The position numbers and the translations under genes were made by a program. From Eledone cirrhosa (taxonomy: Eukaryota), in the NCBI GenBank assembly GCA_964016885.1, contig OZ024742.1:98642001-98706000 (forward strand): 64,000 nt of DNA, read 5' to 3'. Below are positions 1 to 13,084 of the stretch, piece by piece; positions within the stretch are counted from its first letter, which is position 1; each line of letters opens with the position of its first letter. The notes below the pieces were generated by a model. That model saw only the letters and a program-made list of their open reading frames with translations. It was not told the DNA's origin and searched no databases.

Positions 1-552
1 ACTATAAAATTAACTTACTCTTCCACCAAAAATTTAGCGCAAAATATTAATAGAATTAATAATAGAAATTTAAAACCTAACCAAAATACCAATAATAATC
101 CAAGCAATATTCAATCGAATAACTGTAACTGTAGAAATAAATCAAACTGTCCGTTAAATAACAACTGCTTAGCTAAAAATGTAGTTTATAATTGTAATGT
201 TAAAACTAATTTAAATTCATTTAACTATGTCAGTTCTACCTCTACAGAATTTAAATCCCGCTTCAATAATCATAAAAATTATTTTACAGATCCAAACAAA
301 AAATCATCAACTTCGTTATCTAGCCTATTATGGGACCTAAAACGAGATAATGTTGAATATTCGTTGATTTGGAATATTATTTCACAAGCTACTCCTTTTA
401 ATTCCTCTTCTGAAAATTGTGATCTTTGTATAGAGGAAATACTTTTTATATTAAAGACCAAAAATTCCCTTAATTTAAGAAATAATTTATTCAGTTGCTG
501 CAGACATAGATTGAACTCAACGTTTAAATATAAATATAAATTTAAAATGTAG
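1..552 (+). mobile_element. Penelope-like element, C-terminal GIY-YIG endonuclease region; open frame runs in from the window edge
   Basis: Frame 1 is open from base 1 to TAG at 550-552: TIKLTYSSTKNL...NCNCRNKSNCPLNNNCLAKNVVY...YVSSTSTEFKSRFNNH...LIWNII...CDLCIEE...LNLRNNLFSCCRHR. This has the Cys-rich linker, GIY-YIG-like VVY/YVS motifs, catalytic R, and CxLCxxE and LN...CRH motifs typical of PLE endonucleases. Confidence 0.85.
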
Positions 553-2138
553 TTTAATTAATTAAATAATTTAGTTAATATAAGAAACCTGTCGATAAAT
601 CATTAGATTCCTTCACCTTTTTCATTTTCTTTGTATACCCAAGTATAAATTTTCTTCATAAATATAATTATAAATATAATAAACTATTCTAGAAAAGTTT
701 ATCCTTTCAATATCTGGAATAAAATATACGTAAGATAAATTTCTATACTAAACATATTATTTTAGCTTTGATTCATTTTATTTATATTTTTTTATTAGAT
801 TCATTTTCTTTTATTAGATTCATTTTTTTATTAGATTCATTTTATTTTTTATTTTTATTTTTTATTAGATTTGTTTGTATTCTGATAGCTTCTCATAATT
901 TTTATTAGATTTATTTTTTTATTCTGATAGCTTCTCATAATTTTCAAAAGTTTGTCCTCTCAATGTCTTGATTAAAATATACGTAAGATAAATTTCTATG
1001 CTTAATATATTAAACATATTATTTTAACTTGAAATATTCTATAGTATTTTGGGATATTTTAGTATTTTGATGTTTGTAGAATTCGTTTGCCTTTTAAGTT
1101 ATATTGATATAATTATAATCCTTTTGTATTTTATATACTCAATTGTACTATGTTATATGTTGATGTATGCTTATGTCTATGTACGGCTTATGTATATATA
1201 TGTGTGGGTTGACATACATATACATGTTATAGGTTTTTTGTGATTATATGTCAGTCTGTATATATGCATGAGTAACGCGTGTATACCAATTGAAGATGCA
1301 CACACATATCTATTCATGTATAGCTAAGAATTATGGGTGTGAATATACATGCTTACACATGCAGTTTTTGATTGCAGATATACATAACTTAACAGCCATA
1401 AATGCAGAAAAGTTAATCCTATATATTTGTAGATATATACTAAAATGTTTTAATTAATAACACAAGGAGTGTATAGCAATAAATAAAAAAATCACTTATG
1501 CTTTGTATGTATACATTGTGTGTGGGAGTAGATATAATGTGTATCTCTGAGTGAGTGAGTATATATATATATATATTTATGTGCATTTGTCTATGTATAT
1601 ATGATATACGATGGATAATTTCTCTAGCAATATATTTATTTTGTAGTGTTTAAATTCCAATTTTTTATATATTGATCCCAATTTTAAACTAATTTTATAA
1701 TCATAATTAAACAATGTGTAATTTCTCATATTATATATCCATATTCCATTCACGAATATTATTATTTCTAATTTTATTTATTCATTTCATCTCAATTGTT
1801 AACTCAACTTTATATAACATAACTTAAGGTTTTCGTTCTCTCCCCCTCTCTCTATCTATGCATATCTCTCTCTTGAGCTCTTTCTCTGTCTGATGTTTTG
1901 ATATCTCCCCGTTATTTTTCCTCTGTTCTCTTTTCTTTTTGCTTTCTTCTTTTTCTTTATCTATCTTTCCCTTTCTTTTCTCCACGTTTCTCTCTCTCTC
2001 TCTCTCCATATGTTTACTTACTCTTAACACTATGACTTACTAAAGTAAACAAACCGCTATCCGGATGGCCTCCAAAAACAACGGTAACCTTTTTGAAAGG
2101 TTATGTCAATTATCTATTTGTAAAACTATTATATATTG

Positions 2139-2203
2139 TATTTTGTCTGATGAAGGCATACCATGATTTAACTTGGTATCCTTGAAATATATATAATGAA
2201 ATA
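2139..2203 (+). ncRNA. Type I hammerhead ribozyme in the PLE 3' region
   Basis: TATTTTGT-CTGATGA-AGGCATACCA(tgatttaact)TGGTATCCTT-GAAA-TATATA-TA-ATGAAATA. The core is intact, helix II pairs, helix III is palindromic and helix I pairs with two GU wobbles. Confidence 0.8.
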
Positions 2204-2330
2204 AATATGGTTTTATAAATATAGTTTCCATTTATTAATACTGTATATCTACTCCAAATATTTTTCGAGTGCTTTATATCAGTTATAATAATATTTGCTT
2301 GTTGTATCCCAACAATTTAAATTGAACTTT

Positions 2331-2399
<69 letters not shown>

Positions 2400-3149
2400 G
2401 AAGGAATATATTGAAAAAACGCAATATAATGTGGAATTTAGGAATATATACATTACCAGTGTGACTTATGCAGTCTTATAATTGAGTGAGTATAATTATG
2501 TGTATGTGATGATTTGATTCTATGTGTATATGTGAGTATAATTGTGTATGTGATTACATGTAAGCGTGCGTAAACGTTTTTAACTATGAGATTAGCCCTG
2601 GAAAACAATGCAAACATCCTGATCCGTAACATGCAATCGGAAACCTTGAGTATTAACGGGCTTAATACTTAATTGCACGGATTAAATGAGAATCTTTTAT
2701 ATTATGTTGAATATGCAGAGCTATTATAATACGATTATTGAAAAACGAGATGTAGCAAAGAAAATAAGTTGACAGCAACTATTAGGCTATTACGAGTGCT
2801 GACAAGCATCAAATTATGTGTGAGAGAATCTTTCGAAGTAGTGCAGTTCAACGTAGAAGGAAGATTTTAATTGGAATTGTGCGTAAGAGAAATTATGGTC
2901 TGAAACAATTGTAAAATAATTACATCAAAATAGCCAAATCAGGACATCAAGGTGAGTGTGACTCGTCGTTCTGACTAGGTAAAGTGAAGAAAACTTCTTT
3001 ATTGAATATGGTAGTCATCTATGCAAAGGAAATTATCATAGAGTTGAGATCTACATTTATATCTTCACATCCAATCTCCATACTTCGTGTCAACACTGAT
3101 TTTAAATGGGTATTGGAGAGATTTACCTGTATGTGTCAGTACTATATTA

Positions 3150-3253
3150 ATAGTTTGTCCCGAAAACAATTATACACAATTTGATTATATGTACAGGCAA
3201 TATTCATTAGAATGCACCAAGCGAGTGTATACATTTTTGGGAACACCCTGTAT
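3150..3253. mobile_element. Short Tc1/mariner-type MITE remnant
   Basis: Ends TTTTTGGGAACACCCTG-TA; an inverted homologue lies at 4685-4779. Confidence 0.5.
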
Positions 3254-3254
3254 A

Positions 3255-3351
3255 TATGATAAGATGAGTTGAAATTAATGCTTACAAGACTTCACAGCTC
3301 TAGACTCACTCCTTCATAGTTAGCCTATGAATCTTTCAGCTCACCCGCGTA
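3255..3351. mobile_element. Mariner-like MITE remnant
   Basis: Ends AGCCTATGAATCTTTCAGCTCACCCGCG-TA, resembling a mariner TIR next to TA. Confidence 0.4.
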
Positions 3352-3819
3352 TGTGTGGATGCCGATAGTAGTTTTGAATGTTAAACAGTTAAAGTAAAAT
3401 TTAAATGCAACATAATTACACGGACTTGTCGAAACTTTCTCAGCTAAGTACTTAAATCCTGGCGAGATTACCTAATAGAATACCGTTTAAATTGAGGTTT
3501 ATATTGTTGGTCTCGCTTGGGGGATCCAGCCGGATAAATTAGTGACGGTTGCTTCTGACAGAACCCGCTCGCATGAAAACATATTTGAGTTCACTGCTCA
3601 CACGAACATCGCAGGAACAAATGGGTGAAGAAGGGGGAGGGACAGAAGACGAGATGTGTAAACCACACACATGTGTAAATATTCAGTGTTCATGTGTCAG
3701 TGTTTGTGAAATTCGTTATGGTTTTTTAAGTTCGTGAAGCGAGCAAATTTTGTTTACACTGTGTTACTCGAGATAAAAATTGAGATGTGATGGTGTTGTT
3801 GGTAAATAAGTTGCATAGC

Positions 3820-4020
3820 GCTTCTATAGTGGCTATATCTAGCTGGTGGTCAACAGCTGTTCTGCTGTTGTTATAGTTAGCTTATAGTCAACAGCTGTTC
3901 TATAGTCGCTATAGTTAGCTTGTGGTCAACGACTGTTCTATAGGGTCTATAGTTAGTTGATGGCCAATAGCTGTTCTTTAACGGCTGAAGTTAGCTTGTC
4001 TATTGTGGCTATCGTGGTCA
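3820..4020. repeat. Minisatellite of about 36 bp, about 5 degenerate copies
   Basis: Recurring TTCTATAGTGGCTATAGTTAGCTTGTGGTCAACAGCTG-like units. Confidence 0.8.
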
Positions 4021-4047
4021 GTATTACATAAATATAACGGGACTTAC

Positions 4048-4170
4048 TTCATTGATCACATCGTTTGTCCACAAAGCAGTTTCCAGAGAAGAGGTGTAGA
4101 CAACATCGACACAGAAAAGGTGTATGGATAAAACGCAATGAACAAACAGAAAGGCGGGAAACGACTTCAT
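4048..4170 (-). CDS. Candidate first coding exon of a secreted protein (signal peptide)
   Basis: AAAATG start; MKSFPAFLFVHCVLSIHLFCVDVVYTSSLETALWTNDVINE; perfect phase-0 donor GAA|GTAAGT at 4047; possible acceptor CTCTTCCTGTTAG 10 nt upstream of the ATG. Confidence 0.5.
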
Positions 4171-4387
4171 TTTATAAGCTCTAACAGGAAGAGTTTATTT
4201 TGGCGGGACTTCATTGGCAGAGTTACTTCATCATGAACAGATATATATTTGGTGAACCAGGTTTTAAATTTTGCAACAAACGTTTCATTTTTTTCTTCCT
4301 TTTTTTTGTTTTTCTTTCCTTTAATAGTGTCATTTAATTTTATTAGATACTGCTCAATTACTTTGAAGTAATTATCATTACTATTAG

Positions 4388-4575
4388 GGTGGTGGATTGG
4401 CAGCATCAGTAGAGGGTTGGACGCCATGCTTTGCAGCATAGAATTACGTGTCTTTACGGTCTGAGTTCAAATCCCGCTGAGGTTAAATTTGCCTTATGGA
4501 GTCGATAAAATAAGGCACCAGTAATGCACTGGGATAATTGCTGGTCTTTTGCCAAAAGAAGAAACAATTATTGTT
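4388..4575 (+). mobile_element. tRNA-derived SINE, Nin-domain-like family
   Basis: A-box-like TGGCAGCATCAGTAGAG, B-box GAGTTCAAATCC, core GTCGATAAAATAAGGCACCAGT, tail GAAACAATTATT; many copies in the window. Confidence 0.75.
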
Positions 4576-4605
4576 ATTAGTATTAGTATTATCATTTATA
4601 TATTC

Positions 4606-4654
<49 letters not shown>

Positions 4655-4684
4655 AGTGTGTATAAATATATATATATAGACATA

Positions 4685-4779
4685 CTGGGTGACCCAAGCA
4701 GGGTGACTTCACGGCATTCTAATAAATATTGGCCGTACAAGTAATCAAAATGTTTATACAATTTTGGAGACACACTGTA
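4685..4779. mobile_element. Tc1/mariner-type MITE
   Basis: TA-CTGGGTGACCCAAG...TTTGGAGACACACTG-TA, imperfect TIRs; reverse homologue of 3150-3253. Confidence 0.55.
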
Positions 4780-5339
4780 TGTGAAGCTATTTCAATATAT
4801 AGGTGTACACATATATATATGTATATATATGAACTTGTATAGCTACATGAAGATATAGTTATACACATGTATGTATATATATATACTGGTCCCTAAAATT
4901 TCGGAGCCACTCATGGTACATTTACTTCGTAAGCTCATTGGAGTGTCATTCTTTAAAAACTGCACTCGGTGAATTTATTCTTGATGTTATTCTAGAAATA
5001 TCAGAATCTGATGTCATAACGCAATGATGTAGAACAGATGGTTCCTGTAATTCCAAACCTCTATCGACTTTACTATTTTATTCAAAATTGTTCCCGTGAT
5101 AGCATTCAGTCACAGGTGCAAATTTAGGTAAGTTACTCTGTGGAAGACCAGCAGTTACTCCGCTACACGTCACTGATGTTCTCCAAACAAAAGAAAATGC
5201 TTATACAGCTTGTTATCAGTGTGGGCGCACGTCATTTTCCCACCTGAGTGAAATAGAGCTACATGAAATAAAGTGCGGAAAGAATCAATCTAATTACCTT
5301 CCATTCGTAAGTCAAATATTCTAGCAATATATATATATT

Positions 5340-5968
5340 CGTAGGAAAAGGGAAAAACTCGGCATAAGGAAGCTGTTAAAAACAGCAAAATAACGTCGAA
5401 GCGGCGTTGGGTAAAATAATACCTCGAAGGACAGAAATCAGCGGCTCGATGTGATTTGACTCGAAGAAATGATAGGAAGGAAGAAATAGGATGGATTAAT
5501 GAGAATAAATCACAAGCATTAATTTTGTTTATACCTTTAATAGCTATTGATACCGCGGATTGATACCAAGTGAGTTGTATTTTTTTCCCTCTTCCTCTGT
5601 TCCCCATGCTTTCACTCTTTCTTTCCCTTCTCTGGCGCTGCTCCCTTTCTGTATCTCCATCTACCTCCCACTCCCTCCCTTCTACAAGCCAGCTCTACTT
5701 TCTGTGGTTGTTACGAGCCACCTATTCTTTGCAGTAATCTCATTAAATCGTCGAACTACAGAGGTTGATATCTGACGAGCGTATTTTAATATTTGTAACA
5801 TATTGTCATTCATCCATTCTATTTCTTCCTTCCTATCATTTCTTCGATTCAAATGACATCGCACCGCCGACGTCAGTTCATCGATGTAATATTTTACCCA
5901 ACACTACTTCGAGGGTATTTTGCTGTTTTTAACAGCTTTCTTACGCCGAGGTTTTCCATTTCCCTACG
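5340..5968. repeat. Diverged inverted repeat of about 170 bp enclosing a decayed hammerhead motif
   Basis: 5340-5510 is a reverse complement of 5802-5968; CTGACGA at 5772 is followed by decayed helices ending in GTC. Confidence 0.75.
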
Positions 5969-6488
5969 GATTCTAATACACTCGCGTCTCAAAATTCAAT
6001 ATCCGAGTTAATTTTGTTTATATATATATTGGATTGCCATAATATAAGTGAACATCAAGCTCTTAGCAACATATACAATTAATTTCCTGAAACAATCCAT
6101 GGTGTCAATAACTGACTGTTATAAAATATTCATTGATATATAATAATGAATCAGACCTGTCCTTATGTATACACCTATATAGTTGCTTAGGTTATATTCC
6201 CCACTTCAATACGAAATTCGGTGTTGCATATTTCAAAACCAATATTTCTTAAATATTTACAATGGAGAGTTCTGGAAAGACATGTGCATATAGTTTGATG
6301 TACTGCTTATACAGAATATATAATAAATACGAAATGTTTTTGAACCAAGAAAAACAGCAATAGCTTCTATCTTAATAATATGCTTGTAAATATATGACAC
6401 AATGTTAGTCAGGATTGAAAGGTGATGGTAAATTGAAATTTACACACACACACATACACATAATTAGATATATAGATACATATATACA

Positions 6489-6546
<58 letters not shown>

Positions 6547-6790
6547 TGTAAATACATATATGTATAAACATATATATATAAATATATATATATATATAAG
6601 TATATATTTATATATATATATATATGTTTATCCCGGGTTCAATGGGGTGGGGGGTAATCACAGTAAGTAAGGTACTCAATACATAGCAGAGTATAAATAT
6701 TTAATATAGAAATGGCTTCTACGGGACTAGAAGAGCTCCCTCTCCTACCACCAGAAAATGTATAACTACGACCATATGACTTGGACAGTC

Positions 6791-6841
6791 GGCTTCCTGA
6801 CGAATTCTCCCGAATAAAACAGTTCTAGTCCTGTAGAAGCC
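6791..6841 (+). ncRNA. Type I hammerhead ribozyme with one core substitution (GAAA to AAAA)
   Basis: GGCTTC-CTGACGA-ATTC(tccc)GAAT-AAAA-CAG(ttctagtc)CTG-TA-GAAGCC; all three helices pair. Confidence 0.75.
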
Positions 6842-6975
6842 ATTTCTATATTAAATATATATAAATATCAAAATAAATTAACGGAGTCATAGACTCGCAT
6901 TAATCCCTGTAAATTATGTGCTCAAGGGAAAAGGAATCCAGGGCTCTTCAAAATACAATACGTCGAAAGGATAAC

Positions 6976-7238
6976 ACACTAGAGAGAGAGAGAGTGTGTG
7001 TGCTATTAATAAACAAGGAAACCACCAGTGTATGGAATCTATAAACTACGGAAGGTGAGGTTGACACATAATAATTAAAAATATAAATCAAAATGATATA
7101 TAATTTTAGAGGTTGGTATACTCATTTTGATTTATATTTTTAATTATTATGTGTCTACCTCACCTTCCGTAGTTTATACATTCCACACACTGGTGGTTTC
7201 CCTGTCTATTAATAGCACACACACTTTTTCTCTAGTGT
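6976..7238. repeat. Fold-back inverted repeat, arms about 120 bp, loop 25 nt
   Basis: 6976-7096 is a near-perfect reverse complement of 7122-7238 and abuts (TA)n. Confidence 0.9.
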
Positions 7239-7254
7239 ATATATATATGTATAA

Positions 7255-7330
<76 letters not shown>

Positions 7331-7661
7331 AAATATATATATAGAATAGAAGAGTTAATATTAGGATAGGTTAGAGTAACAAAAAAGAAATCCGTGTGAA
7401 TTGTTGAGATGAGCTCTTCTCTACAGTAAAGAACACCTCACCACAACGCCAGACACTAAATATTTTCCTATGAAAATATTTCATTCTTGAAATATAATGA
7501 AATATAACGTAACCGCTTAAAGGTTTAGCTGTTCTTATTCTATCTCATTCTATTTTGAACTCAGTATTTTACAATATTGTGCAGGTTTACTCAAACCAAT
7601 TAAATTTCACACCTGCGAGTGCTCTATATAAATTCTGTAAACATATATGCATGTATATTTG

Positions 7662-7960
7662 TGAAGGCGCTTGATTTAGTGGTTAGGGTATTCATTTCAA
7701 TATCATAAAGTCATGATTTCAATTATTGAAGGCGCGATGTGTTCAGGAGCAAAACAATTTATCCCTGTTGTTCCGGTTTATTCAGCTGGCATGGAGTTGT
7801 AACAGTGATTCAAAATGCTAGTCTTGTCACACTCTTTAACACGCTATATCTTACTGAGACTCGTACTAATATACACGAATCTTTTAACTGCTTAGTTATT
7901 TGCATGTTGATTTCATGACCGGAACACTGATCATTAGAACCGACGGATGTCCACTACACA
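7662..7960 (+). mobile_element. Second tRNA-derived SINE family, degenerate copy
   Basis: Head TGAAGGCGC...TTAGTGGTTAGGGTATT; similar to the minus-strand copy at 26824-27045. Confidence 0.55.
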
Positions 7961-8083
7961 ACTATATATACATCCATCCATATGCATGTTTATATATATA
8001 TATATAACGAAGGAAATGTGGTAAGGAACCAGGTGGACCATAACGCACCAAAGTACTCAATACTTGAGGTAGTAGAGTGGGTA

Positions 8084-8188
8084 ATAGGAACCAGTAAGAC
8101 CCCGACAGCTGAGCTCAAGCCGTTTCGACCAGTCCAGAATTAGCCGTCGAAACGGCTTGAGCTCAGCTGTCGGGGTCTTACTGGTTCC

Positions 8189-8191
<3 letters not shown>
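8084..8191. repeat. Perfect 46-bp inverted repeat with 16-nt loop
   Basis: ATAGGAACCAGTAAGACCCCGACAGCTGAGCTCAAGCCGTTTCGAC at 8084-8129 and its exact reverse complement at 8146-8191. Confidence 0.95.
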
Positions 8192-8219
<28 letters not shown>

Positions 8220-8239
8220 TAGCATATCACCTTATTAAT

Positions 8240-8273
<34 letters not shown>

Positions 8274-11200
8274 ATGTGTGTGTGTGTGTGTGATTAAACA
8301 GGTGATATGCAAAACTATTTCTTTCGTCTGGTTGACAGTCAAATATTCACAACAGTAATCTAGTTCCAATAAACTAGGAAGTTATGTGCCCCTTCGTCGA
8401 AAGGCCACGCGATGTTTTTTTTTTTTTAGGACATTAGTCATGATTTTTTTTTTATTCGGAATATAAAACATATAATACAGTACTAACCTAGATTGGTTCA
8501 TGAAATATAAACCTTTCACTTCACTACACCTTACTTTTCCTTTCAGCCAATAGGCTCCAAGGGCGCTGCAGTGTGAAGTAGTGTACCATCCTTCCTTGTA
8601 TCCCTGTCATTTTTCAGGACTTGTGTTGTATAATAATCCTCTAAAGCCCTATCCTGTGATGATATCTGTATATTTTACCTTCTGGAGCATTTGGCTTGAA
8701 TTCAACTGAACTATTCCTTTGACGGTGACATGATTGAACCAATGAGAACTTGTCACTTGACCATATTATTGTATTTTTCTCTACGTAATAGTTGTCAATA
8801 CGATGTCTGATTTCCGTGTGAATGTGTCTATTCCTTATGCTGTCCATGTTGGTGACGCCCATGATGTTGCTGTAGTATCTAATTTAGAATGTCAGTATTT
8901 TCTTATTTAATTCTGTTGTTAGTGTCAAACCAGATGATAATACCATTTTCCATAGTATTTTGTAATTGGCGAGTATTTGGTTTACATGCATTGCAGATTC
9001 ACATTCCTCCTATGATTTTAAAGCTTCAAGATTGATGTACAGAATCGAGACGACATGTTTAAAATGTAATATAGGCAACACGTTTAGTATTCATCTATGC
9101 CATATATATTATGGTCTTCAGCAAAAATCTAAGTTCAAATTTTAACATTAAATATATTCTAAAATGGTAGCTACACAAAATGTATAAGATCAAGTCTATG
9201 TGTCCTACCATCTCAGCCATATTCTCCAGAGACTTCTTATTTATCCATATTACATGTCTGAAACTGATATACTTGTAGTTCTGGCAACACAAGATATTGT
9301 GACGTCTGTTTATTAAGAAGAAAATTATTCAGTAAATAAGAAGACATCTCAGTTAATATATATATATCAATTTAAAAGATGTGTCTTGTGCCAGACTGTA
9401 TCACGCTGTAACTTCCCGGGAACTACGTTATGGGTAGACGTGTCTCTGAAATATTTAATCGTTCGCACATTGGTTTCACGAGCTGGCTTTTCCTTGGATT
9501 AAATAACTGGAATAGATACCGTTGAAAGCGACGGGGTTCCATTCTATTCAATTCCATTTTATATGGAGACAAAATACGAACTACACAGTTTGATATCAAA
9601 GAAAATTCAAACTTAATTATTTTTAAGCATAATCTTTTTTAAGAATCTTTGTATTAGATTTGAATCTTGAAATGGTAAATTGAAATAGCTATCATTTTGT
9701 GTTGGTACTGATACTATAATCCTATAATGTCCCACAATTCCAATTCATCTATCATCATTTTACTCCACCACATTATTCTAACTTAGAACCATCGACCATT
9801 TCTATGAAACGAAAACCTATTTCTCTTAAGGTCCATTTTCATTTAGAATCCATTTATCAAATCTGTTTATTCATATAGAATATGCTACATATATTTAATA
9901 TATCAGCTCCCTTTAAATAATATTAAGTGAACCATTTACATGAATGAGCATTATCAACTTTACTATATTTATTCCACCTTCTTAACTTGTTTTATAAGTT
10001 AAGAAGGTGGAATAAATATAGTACAGTTGTAGTATACTACTACAGCCGACACGCGAAATAGAGTATAACTTTGAAGTATGTACCATGCAATCGTTAAGGG
10101 TTTTACGTGCGTGTGGTCATGCGAGGAGTCACGGACTCACTCTCAACCCACTTTCTCAGTACTTATTTTATTGATCTCTTTTTGTCGACCTTACGAAACA
10201 TATACACAAACACAAACACATACACACACAAACACACATAAACATATACACACACTCACACACACACACATACTTACAAATAATATATATTTTACATCCA
10301 CCAATTTTTTCTGAAATGGCATTGATAACCACTCCCACATCCTGCCTCCTCAGTTTGTATTATCTTATGAACGTCTCCTACGTGACTGTATATCTTAGAC
10401 GGCTTGCTATTGGAATTTTCCAAATAAATACAGTTGAGAATACTGAAGGAACCCTACATGTTGGACTGACATTTTGTACGCAACTCCCTCCCTAACCTTC
10501 GGGTTAATGCGTTCAAATTTCTGTCTGCTCGGACCATAATGCATTATTCCTCTGATGTTCGGCAAAGATCATGCTAGGGAAATCTTGATCACGATTGGTA
10601 CGCAATTTATATTCGTGCGGAGAGGTTTGGAGAATATGATGACAGTTTGCTCCGGCTAAAATTAAACATTGAACTTAAGTTTAGACTAGATCGTCAATCG
10701 TACAGGAAGTCATAAAATTTACTGTTAAAACTTTGTTCAAGGCTGATAAATGATGTTTTTTTAACTTTCTTTTGTTTCAGGCAAGGTATGTTTGTATTAA
10801 ATGTTTTATTATGGCAATGATCTCTTAAAATCTGTTTTTGAATGCCCTTCCGATATGGCTGTGTAAGTATTTTAACTCTTTTACTATTAACTTGAAAAAT
10901 TAGAATTCCCTTTTCACTCTAGTTTCTCCAAGTGAGGTGTGAAGCTATCTCCTCGTTAACTTTCTCCTTTTGAGACATCTGCTCCCATTTTCCTACCTTT
11001 CCCGTGCATTTGAACTGTGCTTTTCTATCACCACGTAAAACTACTATGATATATCATTTTACCTTGGTACTCTCCCACATCATAATTCTGTCCAAACGTT
11101 AATTCTGGATATTTCATTTGGAAAGGCATCACCAGAGTAATTTCTCTAATACCTTTTCTATAATAAATTGAAACTATAATAGAAATAGTTTATTGCATGT

Positions 11201-11623
11201 ATTCTCATACTTTTTTTTAGTTGTTTCAGTCATAAAACTGTTACAATTCTCAGGCACTAATTCAAAGTGGTTTATCCATCAAATCGAATCCCAGTATATA
11301 TTTGTACAAGTCTAATTCTCATTTTATCGATCTCGTTTTGTTGAAGGGCTATGATACGGGACATCCGGGCGCACAAACGTGACCTCAGATAAGGACCCAC
11401 TAATGCCCCAACTAAAAAATGTTCTTGCAATCGCTTTTGTAAGATAATGTGTAGCTTTAATTTGTCATAAGGTAACGGCTATTTTAGATTTGTTGGCTTC
11501 CTTTAAAATTAACATTATTGTATACCTTGTACAAATTTCGTAGCTATTTCATTAAGTTCTCAATATTCTTTATCACCTTCTTTATTTGTTGTTTGTCATA
11601 CAATGTATATTTTATAAAAAATA

Positions 11624-11733
11624 CTATGTCTGAAGAGATATGACCAGTGGTGTTAGTAATATATATGCCGCTTGGACGTATATTAAGACTCGATCAACCT
11701 CGGCTGGGTCAACCGAATGAGGTTGTATGCTGT
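11624..11733 (+). ncRNA. Degenerate hammerhead ribozyme
   Basis: CTGAAGA, long helix II (ACCAGTGGT/GCCGCTTGG) ending CTC, GAT in place of GAAA, helix III CAACCTC/GAGGTTG, then TA. Confidence 0.45.
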
Positions 11734-12828
11734 ACAACTTGACACACGCAGTGACTCCAGGATATACCACTGAGGGTTTGTCCAATATGTTGCATTAGTT
11801 GATGTGTAAAGAAGTACAATACAGTTCTAGTTGTGTAAGGCCCCTTCTATCTCATATCATATGTGTTTTATTCTCAATTCCCCCATTATATTTATTGTTA
11901 CTTTCTTCTTTGGTTCTGTTAATTTACTTGCAGTACGTTGTAGACAAGTTTAACTAGGAATTGTTACTATGATATTTCGGCAAGCGATGCTAATTACATT
12001 ATATATATATAATGACTAACCCCACTGAAATGTTTCGTGAAATAGTCTTTTTAAGACTATATAGGGCATTTGTAGATTTTTCCAAATTGACGGATACGTA
12101 TTTACTTTTAATTTTATTTTTAGTTAAGATTCTATTGGTTTTTCCCCGGATTATACAAAATCGGGGGATAACATTTCTGGTCTTGACTTGTTTTGAATTG
12201 GGATTAAATTATTTTCCCATATCTTACGTTAAATATTTTTCATCTTGACGTAATAGTCTCTTATATGTCTGAATTAATGTTGTCTTCTTGCTTACATTAA
12301 TTTCTCTATTTTCATTTATATATATATATATATATATATGAAATATGAAATATATGAAATATAAGAATCAAAGAACTGTTCAAAACATTTTTGTGCTTAC
12401 AACTGTTTCCTCCAAACCGAGGTTTTGATTCTTCGGAGCAATTTATTAATGAATGGACAGTTATATGACTTCCTTTTCGCCCAAGAGACATACAGATACA
12501 TATGCAAATATTGTGGGTCAACATTCATTACAGCATTTAGAGTGGCAGTACACACTTAGAGATTGCATTCATATTAAAAGGTACAATCAAAAATCAAAAA
12601 TACAGGTTAAGATACAAAACTGTTTTGAACAGTTCTTTGATTCTTATATTTCATATAACTGCTCTGTAAATCATGTGATGTTTTTAAATTGAGCTACTTA
12701 ACTTACTGGTAATAAGGTAGTAATATATTACTGCCTACCACTATTTAGGGTTTGTATAAAAAAATATATATAACTGCAAAAGATTTTTGTATTTACATAA
12801 CCATAAATAGTATAATTAATACTATATC

Positions 12829-12996
<168 letters not shown>

Positions 12997-13084
12997 TTAA
13001 AGGTAAACAGAAATAACAAACACAATCGGTACAGTATATGGAAGGTATATATTAGGTTAACGCTTGATATAGCAAGAAGAGGGC

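Noticed and set aside
8641-9306. Two minus-strand exon-like segments (9208-9306 and about 8680-8878)
   Set aside because: Splice-like signals are present, but joining them gives early stops and no recognisable protein. They could be UTR or non-coding exons but are unsupported.
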